Of a stretch of 42,901 bases of DNA, positions 7,958 through 16,645 are shown piece by piece. Each line of letters opens with the position of its first letter. The stretch's first letter is position 1. The DNA comes from a virus (lineage: Duplodnaviria; Caudoviricetes), in the IMG/VR virus record IMGVR_UViG_3300017707_002109, positions 1-42,901 of that record; one strand, 5' to 3'. A program made the translations under genes and the position numbers. The notes beneath the pieces were generated by a model. It was not told the DNA's origin. It saw only the letters and a program-made list of their open reading frames with translations, and ran no database searches.

Positions 7958-8118
7958 CACTGCAGCCCCCGCGCCTTCACCACCCGCGGCGCCATCAACC
8001 GGGCGACGTAGCGCACCAGCTCGCGGCCTCGGCTCTGCCGCTGCCCCGGCGCGGCACACTTCGCGCGCTGCATCAGCTGCCCATGTTTCCGGTTCACGGG
8101 TCGTAGACGTTTGGTCAT
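7954..8118 (-). CDS. Small basic hypothetical protein (54 aa)
   Basis: GGGGG RBS upstream of ATG 8118; stop coupled to next gene. Confidence 0.45.
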   Translation of the reverse strand: MTKRLRPVNRKHGQLMQRAKCAAPGQRQSRGRELVRYVARLMAPRVVKARGLQW

Positions 8119-8150
8119 CGGAGCCCCCAGCTCGCGCCGCCGTAGCGGCC

Positions 8151-8606
8151 TCAGGTTTTCTTCGGCGGTGGTTTGAAAAACAGGCTGCGTTTGAACTTCG
8201 CGACCCGCTTCTGCAGCCGCTCGACGGCGGCGCGCAGCGGGATCAGCTCGTGTGGCTGGATGTGGCCGTCGGCCATGGCGCGGTCGACCTTGTCCATCAG
8301 CTGCGCCGCCTCGCTGGTGGTGCGCATGGCGCCGACGACCGGCGATTCGCGCTCGCCCTCGGGATCGTGCGGCACCAGGCGCGCGAACAGCTCGCCAAAG
8401 ATCGGCGCGTGGCCTGTCTTGATCAGCAGCGTCTCGATCGCCATCGCCTGGTGCAGGCCGATGCGCTGCGGCGCTTCGGGGTTGCCCCACTTGCCGACCA
8501 GCGATTCCGAAACCGAGGAACCATAGAGCGGGTTCGACAGCGCTCTCGACGTTCTCGCCCGTCGGTACAACCCCGGCAGCCAGCGCGTGGGCCGCGGCGG
8601 CGCCAA
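8151..8606 (-). CDS. Phage regulatory CII-like protein
   Basis: SESLVGKWGNPE...A..IE and RAMADGHIQPHE pattern typical of CII-family proteins downstream of cro; start uncertain. Confidence 0.6.
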   Translation of the reverse strand: MAPPRPTRWLPGLYRRARTSRALSNPLYGSSVSESLVGKWGNPEAPQRIGLHQAMAIETLLIKTGHAPIFGELFARLVPHDPEGERESPVVGAMRTTSEAAQLMDKVDRAMADGHIQPHELIPLRAAVERLQKRVAKFKRSLFFKPPPKKT

Positions 8607-8744
8607 TGAATAGGTGCCGCCTCACGCCGCCCTCGCCTTCGCCCGCAATTCACAGGGCTGTTGAGAAGACAGCAGGCCGACGGACTCGACGTCCGCCGGC
8701 CCACTGCCCCACCATGGAGCTGCAACACAACCATGGAGAGTTGA

Positions 8745-8969
8745 ATGTCCGAAGCGATGAACCCGGTCGACCGCGAGACGCTGATTGCCGCCACGCTGGC
8801 AGCCGGTCTTTGCGATGCCGACACGGAACCCCAGCAAGCCGTCGAGAACCTGCAGGAAGTCCTGTTTCAGATCGCGCTGCGTGGCGGCGTGTCGAAAATG
8901 CGCAAGGACGCGCGCGAGATGGCGACGGCTCGGGCGCACCATCAGGCGGCCACCAGAAAGGCACGATAG
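8745..8969 (+). CDS. Small antisense hypothetical protein (74 aa)
   Basis: GGAGAG RBS; protein-like composition; opposite strand to the operon. Confidence 0.55.
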   Translation: MSEAMNPVDRETLIAATLAAGLCDADTEPQQAVENLQEVLFQIALRGGVSKMRKDAREMATARAHHQAATRKAR

Positions 8970-9247
8970 GCTTCAGCCCGCCGCAGCACGGTGCGCGTGT
9001 CGTGGGCACGGGACTGGCGCTGGCCGCGATCGAACCGGCTGTCCTCGACGGCGAGCGTGAGCGCGCGTTTCGCGAGGAGCCATCCCGCATAGTCCGCCTG
9101 CTGGAACGGCTTCAGCCAGGCCTCGAATGTCTTGGCGCGATTGATCACATCAGCGACCCGATGGCGCCGGAAGCCGAAGCTGCCGCGGGCGGCGAGCAGT
9201 GCGACGTCGCGCAAATAATCGGTGGAGGTGGATTTGCGCTTGGTCAT
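8942..9247 (-). CDS. Hypothetical protein with internal duplication
   Basis: Starts just after the cro stop; two similar halves (DVINRAKTFEAWL / TVLRRAEAYRAFL). Confidence 0.65.
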   Translation of the reverse strand: MTKRKSTSTDYLRDVALLAARGSFGFRRHRVADVINRAKTFEAWLKPFQQADYAGWLLAKRALTLAVEDSRFDRGQRQSRAHDTRTVLRRAEAYRAFLVAA

Positions 9248-9248
9248 G

Positions 9249-9491
9249 TCACGCCACCCTCGCCTTCTTCGTCATCTGCGCTGCCGCCGGGGGCGCACCG
9301 AAGTAGTCAGGCCGAATGTCGTATCGAGTGACCTTGCCTTCGGTCTTCTCCTCGATCTCGATCGCGCGGTTGGGCGGCACGACACCATCCCAACGGCTGA
9401 CGGCCGCGGGCGAAATGTCGAGCAGACGGGCAATATCAACGTCTTTGCCGCCTGCCGCCTCGCGAGCTTTGTCCATGCCGGTCGTGTTCAT
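9249..9491 (-). CDS. cro: Cro/YdaS-family transcriptional regulator
   Basis: GG..IARLLDISPAAVSRW..VPP.RA..IE..T.G.VTR..IRPD signature; divergent from cI. Confidence 0.9.
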   Translation of the reverse strand: MNTTGMDKAREAAGGKDVDIARLLDISPAAVSRWDGVVPPNRAIEIEEKTEGKVTRYDIRPDYFGAPPAAAQMTKKARVA

Positions 9492-9499
9492 GACCGCAG

Positions 9500-9528
9500 A
9501 GGTTAATTAATGATTAACCAACAGTCAA
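9500..9528 (-). promoter_or_regulatory. Early-left (PR-like) sigma70 promoter with operator boxes
   Basis: Minus strand TTGACT-17 bp-TAACCT; contains palindrome GGTTAAT-N5-ATTAACC (9501-9519). Confidence 0.75.
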
Positions 9529-9546
9529 TCTACAATGCTCAGCCAG

Positions 9547-9569
9547 TTAACCACAGGTCAAGCGATAAT
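9547..9569 (+). promoter_or_regulatory. PRM-like cI promoter (-10 GATAAT) with operator TTAA-N7-TCAA; probably leaderless mRNA
   Basis: GATAAT at 9564-9569 ends 6 nt before ATG 9576; no clear Shine-Dalgarno. Confidence 0.5.
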
Positions 9570-9575
9570 GGACCT

Positions 9576-10304
9576 ATGTCGATTGAACTGGGCAAACGCA
9601 TCAAGGCCGCCCGAGAAGCGAAGGGCTGGGATCAGGTCGAATTGGGTCGAAAATTCGGAGTGACCAAGTCGGCCGTAAATCAATGGGAGTCGGGCAAGAA
9701 CGTACCCGATCAGCGCAAGCAATCCAGGCTGGCGCAGCTGCTTGACCTGGACCCCGAGATGGTAAGAGCGTTGGCGGCTGGCGAAATTCCGGGCCGCTCC
9801 GGCATGTCCGATCAGCCAGCCCTATTCGATGCTCCCCCACAGTCGCCGCCGCCGCGCGTCGTGCCGCCTCCGTCCCCGCAGATCCAGTTCGACCGGCCCG
9901 ATATCCCGGTGTGGGCAAGCGCTGCCGCCGGCGACGGAGAGGCCGACGCCGAGGGCGCGATGATTATCACCGCCGAGCCGATCGACTACATTCGACGCTC
10001 GGAGCGGACCGCCAACGTCCCCAATCCCTGGGCCTTCCATGTCGTCGGCAACAGCATGCTCGAGCGGCTGGCCCAGGGCGACCAGGTCATCATCAATCCC
10101 GCGATGCCCCTGCTCCCCGGCGCTGATTGCGTGTTCATCCATCAGGCGGCGGACGGGATCATGTACGCCTTGGTAAAGCGGCTGCTGCGGGCCAGCGGAG
10201 ATGTCTGGCGGGTTCGCCAGCTCAACCCGGAACAAGACTTCCAGCTATCGCGCCGGAAGTGGTCCAAGGCCTACAGGATCGCTGAGATTCGCCCGCGGAT
10301 GTAA
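9576..10304 (+). CDS. cI: CI-like repressor (HTH_3 plus S24 autopeptidase)
   Basis: RIKAAREAKGWDQVELG...AVNQWESG HTH; ASAAAG cleavage-site region, VVGNSM catalytic Ser, LVKRL catalytic Lys. Confidence 0.93.
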   Translation: MSIELGKRIKAAREAKGWDQVELGRKFGVTKSAVNQWESGKNVPDQRKQSRLAQLLDLDPEMVRALAAGEIPGRSGMSDQPALFDAPPQSPPPRVVPPPSPQIQFDRPDIPVWASAAAGDGEADAEGAMIITAEPIDYIRRSERTANVPNPWAFHVVGNSMLERLAQGDQVIINPAMPLLPGADCVFIHQAADGIMYALVKRLLRASGDVWRVRQLNPEQDFQLSRRKWSKAYRIAEIRPRM

Positions 10305-10359
10305 TCGCCGACGGCGTCGACCCTTTTGCCTCCGGACCATCAATCAAACAGGTAGGTCG

Positions 10360-10410
10360 TTGATTGCGGGTTAATTTTTGGTTGACTGTGGATTAACTGT
10401 TAATTAACCT
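10360..10410 (+). promoter_or_regulatory. Early-right (PL-like) sigma70 promoter with operator array
   Basis: TTGACT(10382)-17 bp-TAACCT(10405); TTAA/TTGA half-sites at 10360, 10371, 10382, 10393, 10404. Confidence 0.75.
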
Positions 10411-10442
10411 GCTGGCCGTCGCCCCACGTGGTGTGGGTCGAT

Positions 10443-10564
10443 CCGGCAGCGGAACCGGACGGTCGGCTGAGCGTGCTCCTCCCCGAGCGCCGTAACGACA
10501 GCCTCCCGTCCGTGCCGGTCGTTTGGACACCCGCCCGCCGTCGCCCCCAACGACGGCGGGCGGG
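10443..10564 (+). ncRNA. Candidate structured leader RNA of the early-right transcript
   Basis: Nested complementary segments CCGGCA/TGCCGG, CGGACGG/CCGTCCG, GGCTG/CAGCC, followed by a perfect 14-bp hairpin 10530-10564. Confidence 0.4.
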
Positions 10565-10579
10565 AACACCAGGGCCCCG

Positions 10580-10975
10580 ATGCAAACCACCCACCTCGAC
10601 GACCTGGTCGGCCTCGACATCGGTACGCAATCCCAGTCCGCCGAAGCGGCGGACTTGTTCGACACCGCCATCGTCGCCACCGCCCGCCGCCTCGCCGCCA
10701 CCCCGCCCCGCCTGGAATCCTTCATCGCCGGCCTGGCGCTCGACGGCACGCTGCGCCGCCCGGCGCTGCAATCCGCCCTCGCGCCGTTCATGACGATGCC
10801 GAAGCCCGAGCCGCGCACCCGCGTCCGCGCCCGCATGGCCGCCGAGATCGCGCGCGCCTACTCGTCGAACGGCTGCGTCACCGAGGAAGACCTCAAGGGC
10901 TTCACGCGCGAGGAGATCGCCGAGCTGTTCACCGAGGCTCGCCGCATCTCCGGCGTCGCCGAGATGGTGGCGTGA
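10580..10975 (+). CDS. Hypothetical protein
   Basis: First ORF after the PL leader; typical codon usage; coupled to next ORF. Confidence 0.65.
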   Translation: MQTTHLDDLVGLDIGTQSQSAEAADLFDTAIVATARRLAATPPRLESFIAGLALDGTLRRPALQSALAPFMTMPKPEPRTRVRARMAAEIARAYSSNGCVTEEDLKGFTREEIAELFTEARRISGVAEMVA

Positions 10976-11205
10976 TGAGCGCCGCCGCTCTCCGACGCCC
11001 CCCGATGCCGAGGTTCGACGACGACGGCTATGTCGCCTTCGTCAACGCCCTCCGCGTGCGGTCCGGTCTGCCGGCGCTGTCGGGCGAGACCATGCGCGAT
11101 TGCTGGGAGTCGTTCGACGTCGGCGGACTGGTGACACCGCGCCCCGGTTCCGCCCCGCCGCCCGATCGCCACCCCGGCCTCGTCGGCGGAAGGCTCGGCC
11201 AATGA
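10972..11205 (+). CDS. Hypothetical protein
   Basis: GTGATG coupling to the previous stop. Confidence 0.5.
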   Translation: MMSAAALRRPPMPRFDDDGYVAFVNALRVRSGLPALSGETMRDCWESFDVGGLVTPRPGSAPPPDRHPGLVGGRLGQ

Positions 11206-11272
11206 GCATCGCACCCGCCCGCAAGTTCTGAGCGTCACCACTGCGTACCAATCCAACGGGAGATCGTTTTCA

Positions 11273-11562
11273 ATGGCAAAGGCAAAGGCGAAAGACCGGG
11301 CCGTTCTGGTCACCACCGCACACCGCGGCGTGTTCTTCGGCTACACGACGAAGACCGACGGCGCGACCATCAAGCTCCGCGCCGCACGCAACTGCATCTA
11401 TTGGGATGCCGGCACCCGCGGCTTCCTCGGCCTCGCCTCATCCGGGCCCGGCGCTTCGTGCAAGATCGGCCCCGCCGCCGACATCGAACTGCGCGACATC
11501 ACCTGCGTCGCCGAGGTATCGCCGCCGGCCGTGAAGGCATGGGAGGCGGCGCCTTGGTCGCG

Positions 11563-11566
<4 letters not shown>
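11273..11566 (+). CDS. DUF6948-like protein
   Basis: VLVTT.HRGVFFG...L..AR...W.......LA..G pattern; GGGAG RBS; followed by a Gly-X repeat gene. Confidence 0.75.
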
Positions 11567-12447
<881 letters not shown>

Positions 12448-12449
12448 CC

Positions 12450-12797
12450 ATGTCGGCCGCCCATCCCGAAAAATACGGCGCGCCTGGCGATGCTCCGCAT
12501 CGCCTCGGCGCGCCTGTACGCTTGGTGGCCGTCGACCATCCGGACAGGTCATCGTCTTTCCCCGTCCGCCCGCTGCCGCCGGTCTTCCTGCGCGTCGATC
12601 ACACGCACGAGCTGCCGCTGATCGCGATGGACGAGCTCGGCAAGGAGGTCGCGCGCTTCAAGCACCTCGCCGATCTCGCGCACTATCTCAAGCGCGACGA
12701 GCAGCCGCCGACACTGCCCTTCCCGATCGTCCGCGATGCACGGCGCGAGGATGGCGATCAACTGACCCTCGCGGGCTTTGCCGAGGGTGGCCTCTGA
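12450..12797 (+). CDS. Hypothetical protein
   Basis: GGGGAG RBS, ATG 12450; TGATG coupling to next gene. Confidence 0.6.
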   Translation: MSAAHPEKYGAPGDAPHRLGAPVRLVAVDHPDRSSSFPVRPLPPVFLRVDHTHELPLIAMDELGKEVARFKHLADLAHYLKRDEQPPTLPFPIVRDARREDGDQLTLAGFAEGGL

Positions 12798-13138
12798 TGT
12801 CGCGCCCCGACCAGGCCGAGCTCGGCGGACTCGCCCCCGCGCCCGCCGCCGGCGGCGAGCAGCTCGCCCACCTCAACGCCGACAACCCCCGACAGCAGCC
12901 GCAGGTCGTCGTCCTGGTCGCCCGCACCGGCAAGGGCAAGATCACCGTGCGCGAGACCGTGGGGCGGCAGGGCGTCTTCGCCGTCTACCCGTGGCGCCTG
13001 CGCGATCGCCAGAACCGACTCGTCAGGATCCCCACCGCCACGCTGCGCGCCCTGCCCTGGGCGGGAAGCGGCGAGGACCCGGGCATGCCGACGGGGCCGG
13101 ACGAGCAGGACGACCGTCAGCAGGAGATCGGCCTTTGA
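12797..13138 (+). CDS. Hypothetical protein
   Basis: Coupled start and stop in operon. Confidence 0.6.
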   Translation: MSRPDQAELGGLAPAPAAGGEQLAHLNADNPRQQPQVVVLVARTGKGKITVRETVGRQGVFAVYPWRLRDRQNRLVRIPTATLRALPWAGSGEDPGMPTGPDEQDDRQQEIGL

Positions 13139-13359
13139 CCCACGCCAACACGACCGTCTTCCCGTTGCCGATCGAGCCCATGCCGCTGCAACAGGCAACC
13201 CAGCGCGTCTGGGAAATCCGTCGCCTCTTCCGCGAACGCGCCCTCGACGCCAGCGCCGGCCGCCTCGCGGTGGCGCCCTTCGTCATGCACCCCAGCGACC
13301 GGGTCGCACGGCTGGCGATCGCCACCTTGGCCGACCTCGACGACACGGTGCGGGCGTGA
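13135..13359 (+). CDS. Hypothetical protein
   Basis: TTGA-coupled start with AGGAG RBS; GTGA coupling downstream. Confidence 0.5.
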   Translation: MTHANTTVFPLPIEPMPLQQATQRVWEIRRLFRERALDASAGRLAVAPFVMHPSDRVARLAIATLADLDDTVRA

Positions 13360-13748
13360 CCGACGACCTCGCGATCCCCACCCATCTCGACCGGCGCGAT
13401 CCGGTAGAGCCCGCGGCCACCATCCCCGCCGCCGATCGCCAGGTCACGCCGGCCGACAACACGACGCCCGAGCTCGACCTGCAGCAGCCCGCCGGCACCG
13501 CGCCCAACGATCCCAGCCGCATGAACGTCGGCCGCCTTCCCGCATTCGTCGAACGCATCGAGAAGCTCGCCGAGGAGCACAAGGCCATCGGCGGCGACAT
13601 CAAGGACGTCTACAGCGAGGCCAAGGGCGACGGCTACGACACGAAGACGATCCGCAAGCTGGTCGCGCTCCGCCGGATGGACGCCGCCGACCGCGCCGAG
13701 CAGGAGACCCTGCTCGACACCTACAAGCATGCACTGGGGATGGTGTGA
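13356..13748 (+). CDS. GapR-like (DUF2312) nucleoid-associated protein with N-terminal extension
   Basis: [38 protein letters not shown]...R.EQE.LLD.Y..ALGM signature. Confidence 0.9.
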   Translation: MTDDLAIPTHLDRRDPVEPAATIPAADRQVTPADNTTPELDLQQPAGTAPNDPSRMNVGRLPAFVERIEKLAEEHKAIGGDIKDVYSEAKGDGYDTKTIRKLVALRRMDAADRAEQETLLDTYKHALGMV

Positions 13749-14119
13749 TGACCGACACTACCCAGCGCCACACCCGCCCGATGATCGACGAGCGCGTGCA
13801 TGAAATGGTGCTGCGCGAGAAACGCCACTGGCAGACGATCGCCGAGGCGCGCGAGCCGCTGCCGATGGTCCTCCACTGCCCGCGCTGCGGCCTGCAGCAC
13901 GTCGATGCGCCCGATCCGGCACGCGACTGGACCAACCCGCCGCACCGCAGCCACCTCTGTCACGGCTGCGAACTGGTCTGGCGGCCGGCTGACATCGCCA
14001 CGGTCGGCGTCGAAAAGATTGCCACGCGCGGCAGCGTCGACTCCGAAGCGGGCTGGGTGCGCATCGGCAACGCCGAACCGGCGGCCGCACCGGATTGTGC
14101 GCCGCCCTCATCTGTCTGA
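13745..14119 (+). CDS. Phage Zn-binding hypothetical protein
   Basis: [12 protein letters not shown]...[14 protein letters not shown]...WRPAD motif. Confidence 0.7.
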   Translation: MMTDTTQRHTRPMIDERVHEMVLREKRHWQTIAEAREPLPMVLHCPRCGLQHVDAPDPARDWTNPPHRSHLCHGCELVWRPADIATVGVEKIATRGSVDSEAGWVRIGNAEPAAAPDCAPPSSV

Positions 14120-14133
14120 TCGGAGGTAATTGT

Positions 14134-14376
14134 ATGCGCATCACGATAGAGAACACCGACCAGATGGTCACTGTGGAAACCCGCGACGGCGGAAAGATCC
14201 CCGCGCGCGTGTGGCGCGGCGTGACCGAAGGCGGCGTCGAGTGCCAGGTGCTGGTGACCCGCATCGCCGTTCACCGCGACGCCGACAACACGGCCTTCGA
14301 GCGCGAGCTGCAGGAGTTCCCGCCAGGCAAGATGGAAGGCCCGCGCGCCTACGATCTCCGGCTGTTCATCGATTGA
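14134..14376 (+). CDS. Hypothetical phage protein
   Basis: Strong GGAGGT RBS; PARVWRGVT.GG motif. Confidence 0.7.
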   Translation: MRITIENTDQMVTVETRDGGKIPARVWRGVTEGGVECQVLVTRIAVHRDADNTAFERELQEFPPGKMEGPRAYDLRLFID

Positions 14377-14383
14377 GGGCGCC

Positions 14384-15517
14384 ATGAGCAGCACCACCTC
14401 GATCGAGTGGACCGACGCCACCTGGAACCCGGTGCGCGGTTGCAGCCGCGTCTCGCCGGGCTGCGGCGGCGCCAATCACCAGGGCGGCTGCTATGCCGAG
14501 AAGATCGCCGCGCGCTTCTCCGGGCCCGGCCAGCCGTTCCACGGTCTGGCCGAACGCACGCCGCACGGCGGCCGATGGACCGGTGTGCTGGCCGCGGCGC
14601 CGAACGACGTGCTGCTGCAGCCGCTGTACTGGAAGAAGCCGCGCCGCATCTTCGTCAACTCGATGAGCGACCTCTTCCACGAGGCGCTGCCCGACGAGAC
14701 CATCGATCGCGTCTTTGCCGTGATGGCGCTCTGCCCACAGCACACTTTCCAGATCCTCACCAAACGGCCGGAGCGGATGCTGGCGTGGTTCGAGGAACGC
14801 TGGCAGGCCACGCCGGCGCAGCGTCTCGACCTCGGCAAGGCCGGCATCATCGACATTCCGGCCGGCGGTGAAACCGGACGCTTCCACCAGGTCGAGCAGG
14901 CCTGCGATTCCATCTTCGAGATGGTGCCAAAGATGACCGACACCGACAACGATGCGCTGTGGGACGCCAATGGGCGCCTGAAGTGTCGCCAGTTCGCCTG
15001 GCCCCTGCCCAACGTCTGGCTGGGCGTCTCGACCGAGGACCAGGCGACCGCCGACGCACGCATCCCCTACCTGCTGGGCACGCCGGCCACACGACGCTTC
15101 ATCTCGGCCGAGCCGCTGCTGGGGCCGATCGATCTTCTGCCCTACCTGTTCATCGTCACGCATGCCGACGAGGACCAGCTCGCCACCGAAGACGACACCC
15201 CGCTGCCCTGGAACGATCCAAAGACGACCCCCGCCGAGAACATCGCGACGCCACGCCTCGACTGGGTGATCGCCGGCGGCGAATCCGGCGGGAAGCTTTC
15301 GCGGCCAATGCATCCCGGCTGGGTGCGCGGCCTGCGCGACCAGTGCGCCCTGGCCGAGGTGCCGTTCTTCTTCAAACAGTGGGGCGATTATCTCCCGCTC
15401 GGGCCGCCAGAGCGGTGGCAGGCCGCCCAACCAACCGAGCCGTCATGGCAGTACGTCGGCAAGAAAGCCGCCGGCGCCGAGCTCGACGGCCGCCTGCACC
15501 GGGAGTTCCCGACGTGA
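14384..15517 (+). CDS. DUF5131 / phage Gp37-Gp68 family protein
   Basis: IEWTDATWNPVRGC..VSPGC...CYA, IFVNSMSDLFH, FQILTKRPER, NVWLGVS.EDQ, WVIAGGESG, PFFFKQWG. Confidence 0.92.
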   Translation: MSSTTSIEWTDATWNPVRGCSRVSPGCGGANHQGGCYAEKIAARFSGPGQPFHGLAERTPHGGRWTGVLAAAPNDVLLQPLYWKKPRRIFVNSMSDLFHEALPDETIDRVFAVMALCPQHTFQILTKRPERMLAWFEERWQATPAQRLDLGKAGIIDIPAGGETGRFHQVEQACDSIFEMVPKMTDTDNDALWDANGRLKCRQFAWPLPNVWLGVSTEDQATADARIPYLLGTPATRRFISAEPLLGPIDLLPYLFIVTHADEDQLATEDDTPLPWNDPKTTPAENIATPRLDWVIAGGESGGKLSRPMHPGWVRGLRDQCALAEVPFFFKQWGDYLPLGPPERWQAAQPTEPSWQYVGKKAAGAELDGRLHREFPT

Positions 15518-15813
15518 GCGACCGCCCCATCCGCATCCAGCTCTCGCGCCGCAAGGGCTGGCGCATGCCCGAGAACACGGTGAAGGTCGATCGCTCCACT
15601 GCGTTCGGCAATCCGTATCAGGCCGGCAAGGACGGTGACGGAGACCGGCAGCGCCTGGCCCAGCTGTTCTATGCTCACCTGACCAGTACGGCCGTCGGGC
15701 ATGAGTTTGCTGAGCGCGCGCGGCGGGAGCTACGCGGGAAGAACCTCGCCTGCTGGTGCCCGCTCGACCAGCAGTGCCACGCTGACGTGCTGCTGGAGAT
15801 CGCCAACCAATGA
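15514..15813 (+). CDS. DUF4326 domain protein
   Basis: RIQLSRRKGWRMP..TV.VDR...FGNP and LRGKNLACWCP...CHADVLLEIAN. Confidence 0.88.
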   Translation: MSDRPIRIQLSRRKGWRMPENTVKVDRSTAFGNPYQAGKDGDGDRQRLAQLFYAHLTSTAVGHEFAERARRELRGKNLACWCPLDQQCHADVLLEIANQ

Positions 15814-16292
15814 AAGCCCTCACCATTTGGCAACCGTGGGCATCGCTGATCATGGCCGGCGCCAAGCCCTACGAATTCCGCAGCTGGGCGGCCTGGCGCT
15901 CAATTGTCGGCCAGCGCATCGTGATCCACGCCGGCGCGCCGATGATGGAGCCGATCGAGATCAGGCACCTCCTCCAGCGGCTGCAGGATCCTGCCGCGGC
16001 ACCCCTCACCGGACTTCTTGCCGACATCGCCACGCCCATCCTCGAGCGCGCGTTGCGCGAGCCGAAGATGTTCCCGCGCAAGCACGGCCTCGGCACCGCG
16101 ATCCTCGGCGAGCCCGTGCTTGCCAGCACGCTGTGGCCCGAGGCGTTCACGTCCGACAGCGGCCGGATCGAGCAGAGCAACTATGCCTGGCCGCTCACCG
16201 CGATCGAGCATTTCGAGCCGCTGGTGCCGTCGCGCGGCGCGCAGGGATTCTGGGACTGGGGCGGACGATCGCCGAACACGAGGGCGGCATGA
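15810..16292 (+). CDS. ASCH domain protein
   Basis: MKALTIWQPWASLI..G.K.YE.RSW...IVIHAG...RGAQGFW. Confidence 0.88.
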   Translation: MKALTIWQPWASLIMAGAKPYEFRSWAAWRSIVGQRIVIHAGAPMMEPIEIRHLLQRLQDPAAAPLTGLLADIATPILERALREPKMFPRKHGLGTAILGEPVLASTLWPEAFTSDSGRIEQSNYAWPLTAIEHFEPLVPSRGAQGFWDWGGRSPNTRAA

Positions 16293-16645
16293 GCGAAGCC
16301 GACCGCCTCACCCTCCCCCAGGCCGCCGACCGCATGCAGTGGTCGCTTCGCCACTTGAAGCGCCGGCTGGCCGCCCACAGTATCGCCCCGATCGGCAGGG
16401 GGCGGGCCGCCCGTCTCACCGAAGAGGACCTCAAGCACCTCGAGGCCAAGGAACGCGCGCCATGCAGTACAAGCTCCAGCCGCCCGGAAAGCGCGGGCCC
16501 TGCTGGTACATTCGATGGACCGAGAACGGCCGCGACCGAGAGAGATCGACAGGAGCGGAGACTCGCCGCGGCGCTGAGACGTTCGCTGAAGAATACTTCG
16601 GCGAGCTCGCGCGTCGTCGCGTTCCCGGCGCCGGAGAGACGGTAG
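16289..16645 (+). CDS. xis: Excisionase-like HTH protein (3' end overlaps int)
   Basis: LTLPQAADRMQWS.R.L...GR.....EEDL HTH_17-like; immediately upstream of int. Confidence 0.7.
   Translation: MSEADRLTLPQAADRMQWSLRHLKRRLAAHSIAPIGRGRAARLTEEDLKHLEAKERAPCSTSSSRPESAGPAGTFDGPRTAATERDRQERRLAAALRRSLKNTSASSRVVAFPAPERR

Noticed and set aside
7954-8625. 223-aa ORF from GTG 8625 overlapping the CII-like gene
   Set aside because: Middle part is Arg/Ala-rich and out of frame with the more protein-like CII frame; only the last 54 codons are kept as a gene, though the true CII start remains uncertain
16018-16461. N-terminal extension of the integrase in the ORF track (519 aa)
   Set aside because: Overlaps ASCH and xis in other frames; ATG 16462 has an upstream AAGGA and begins the arm-binding domain
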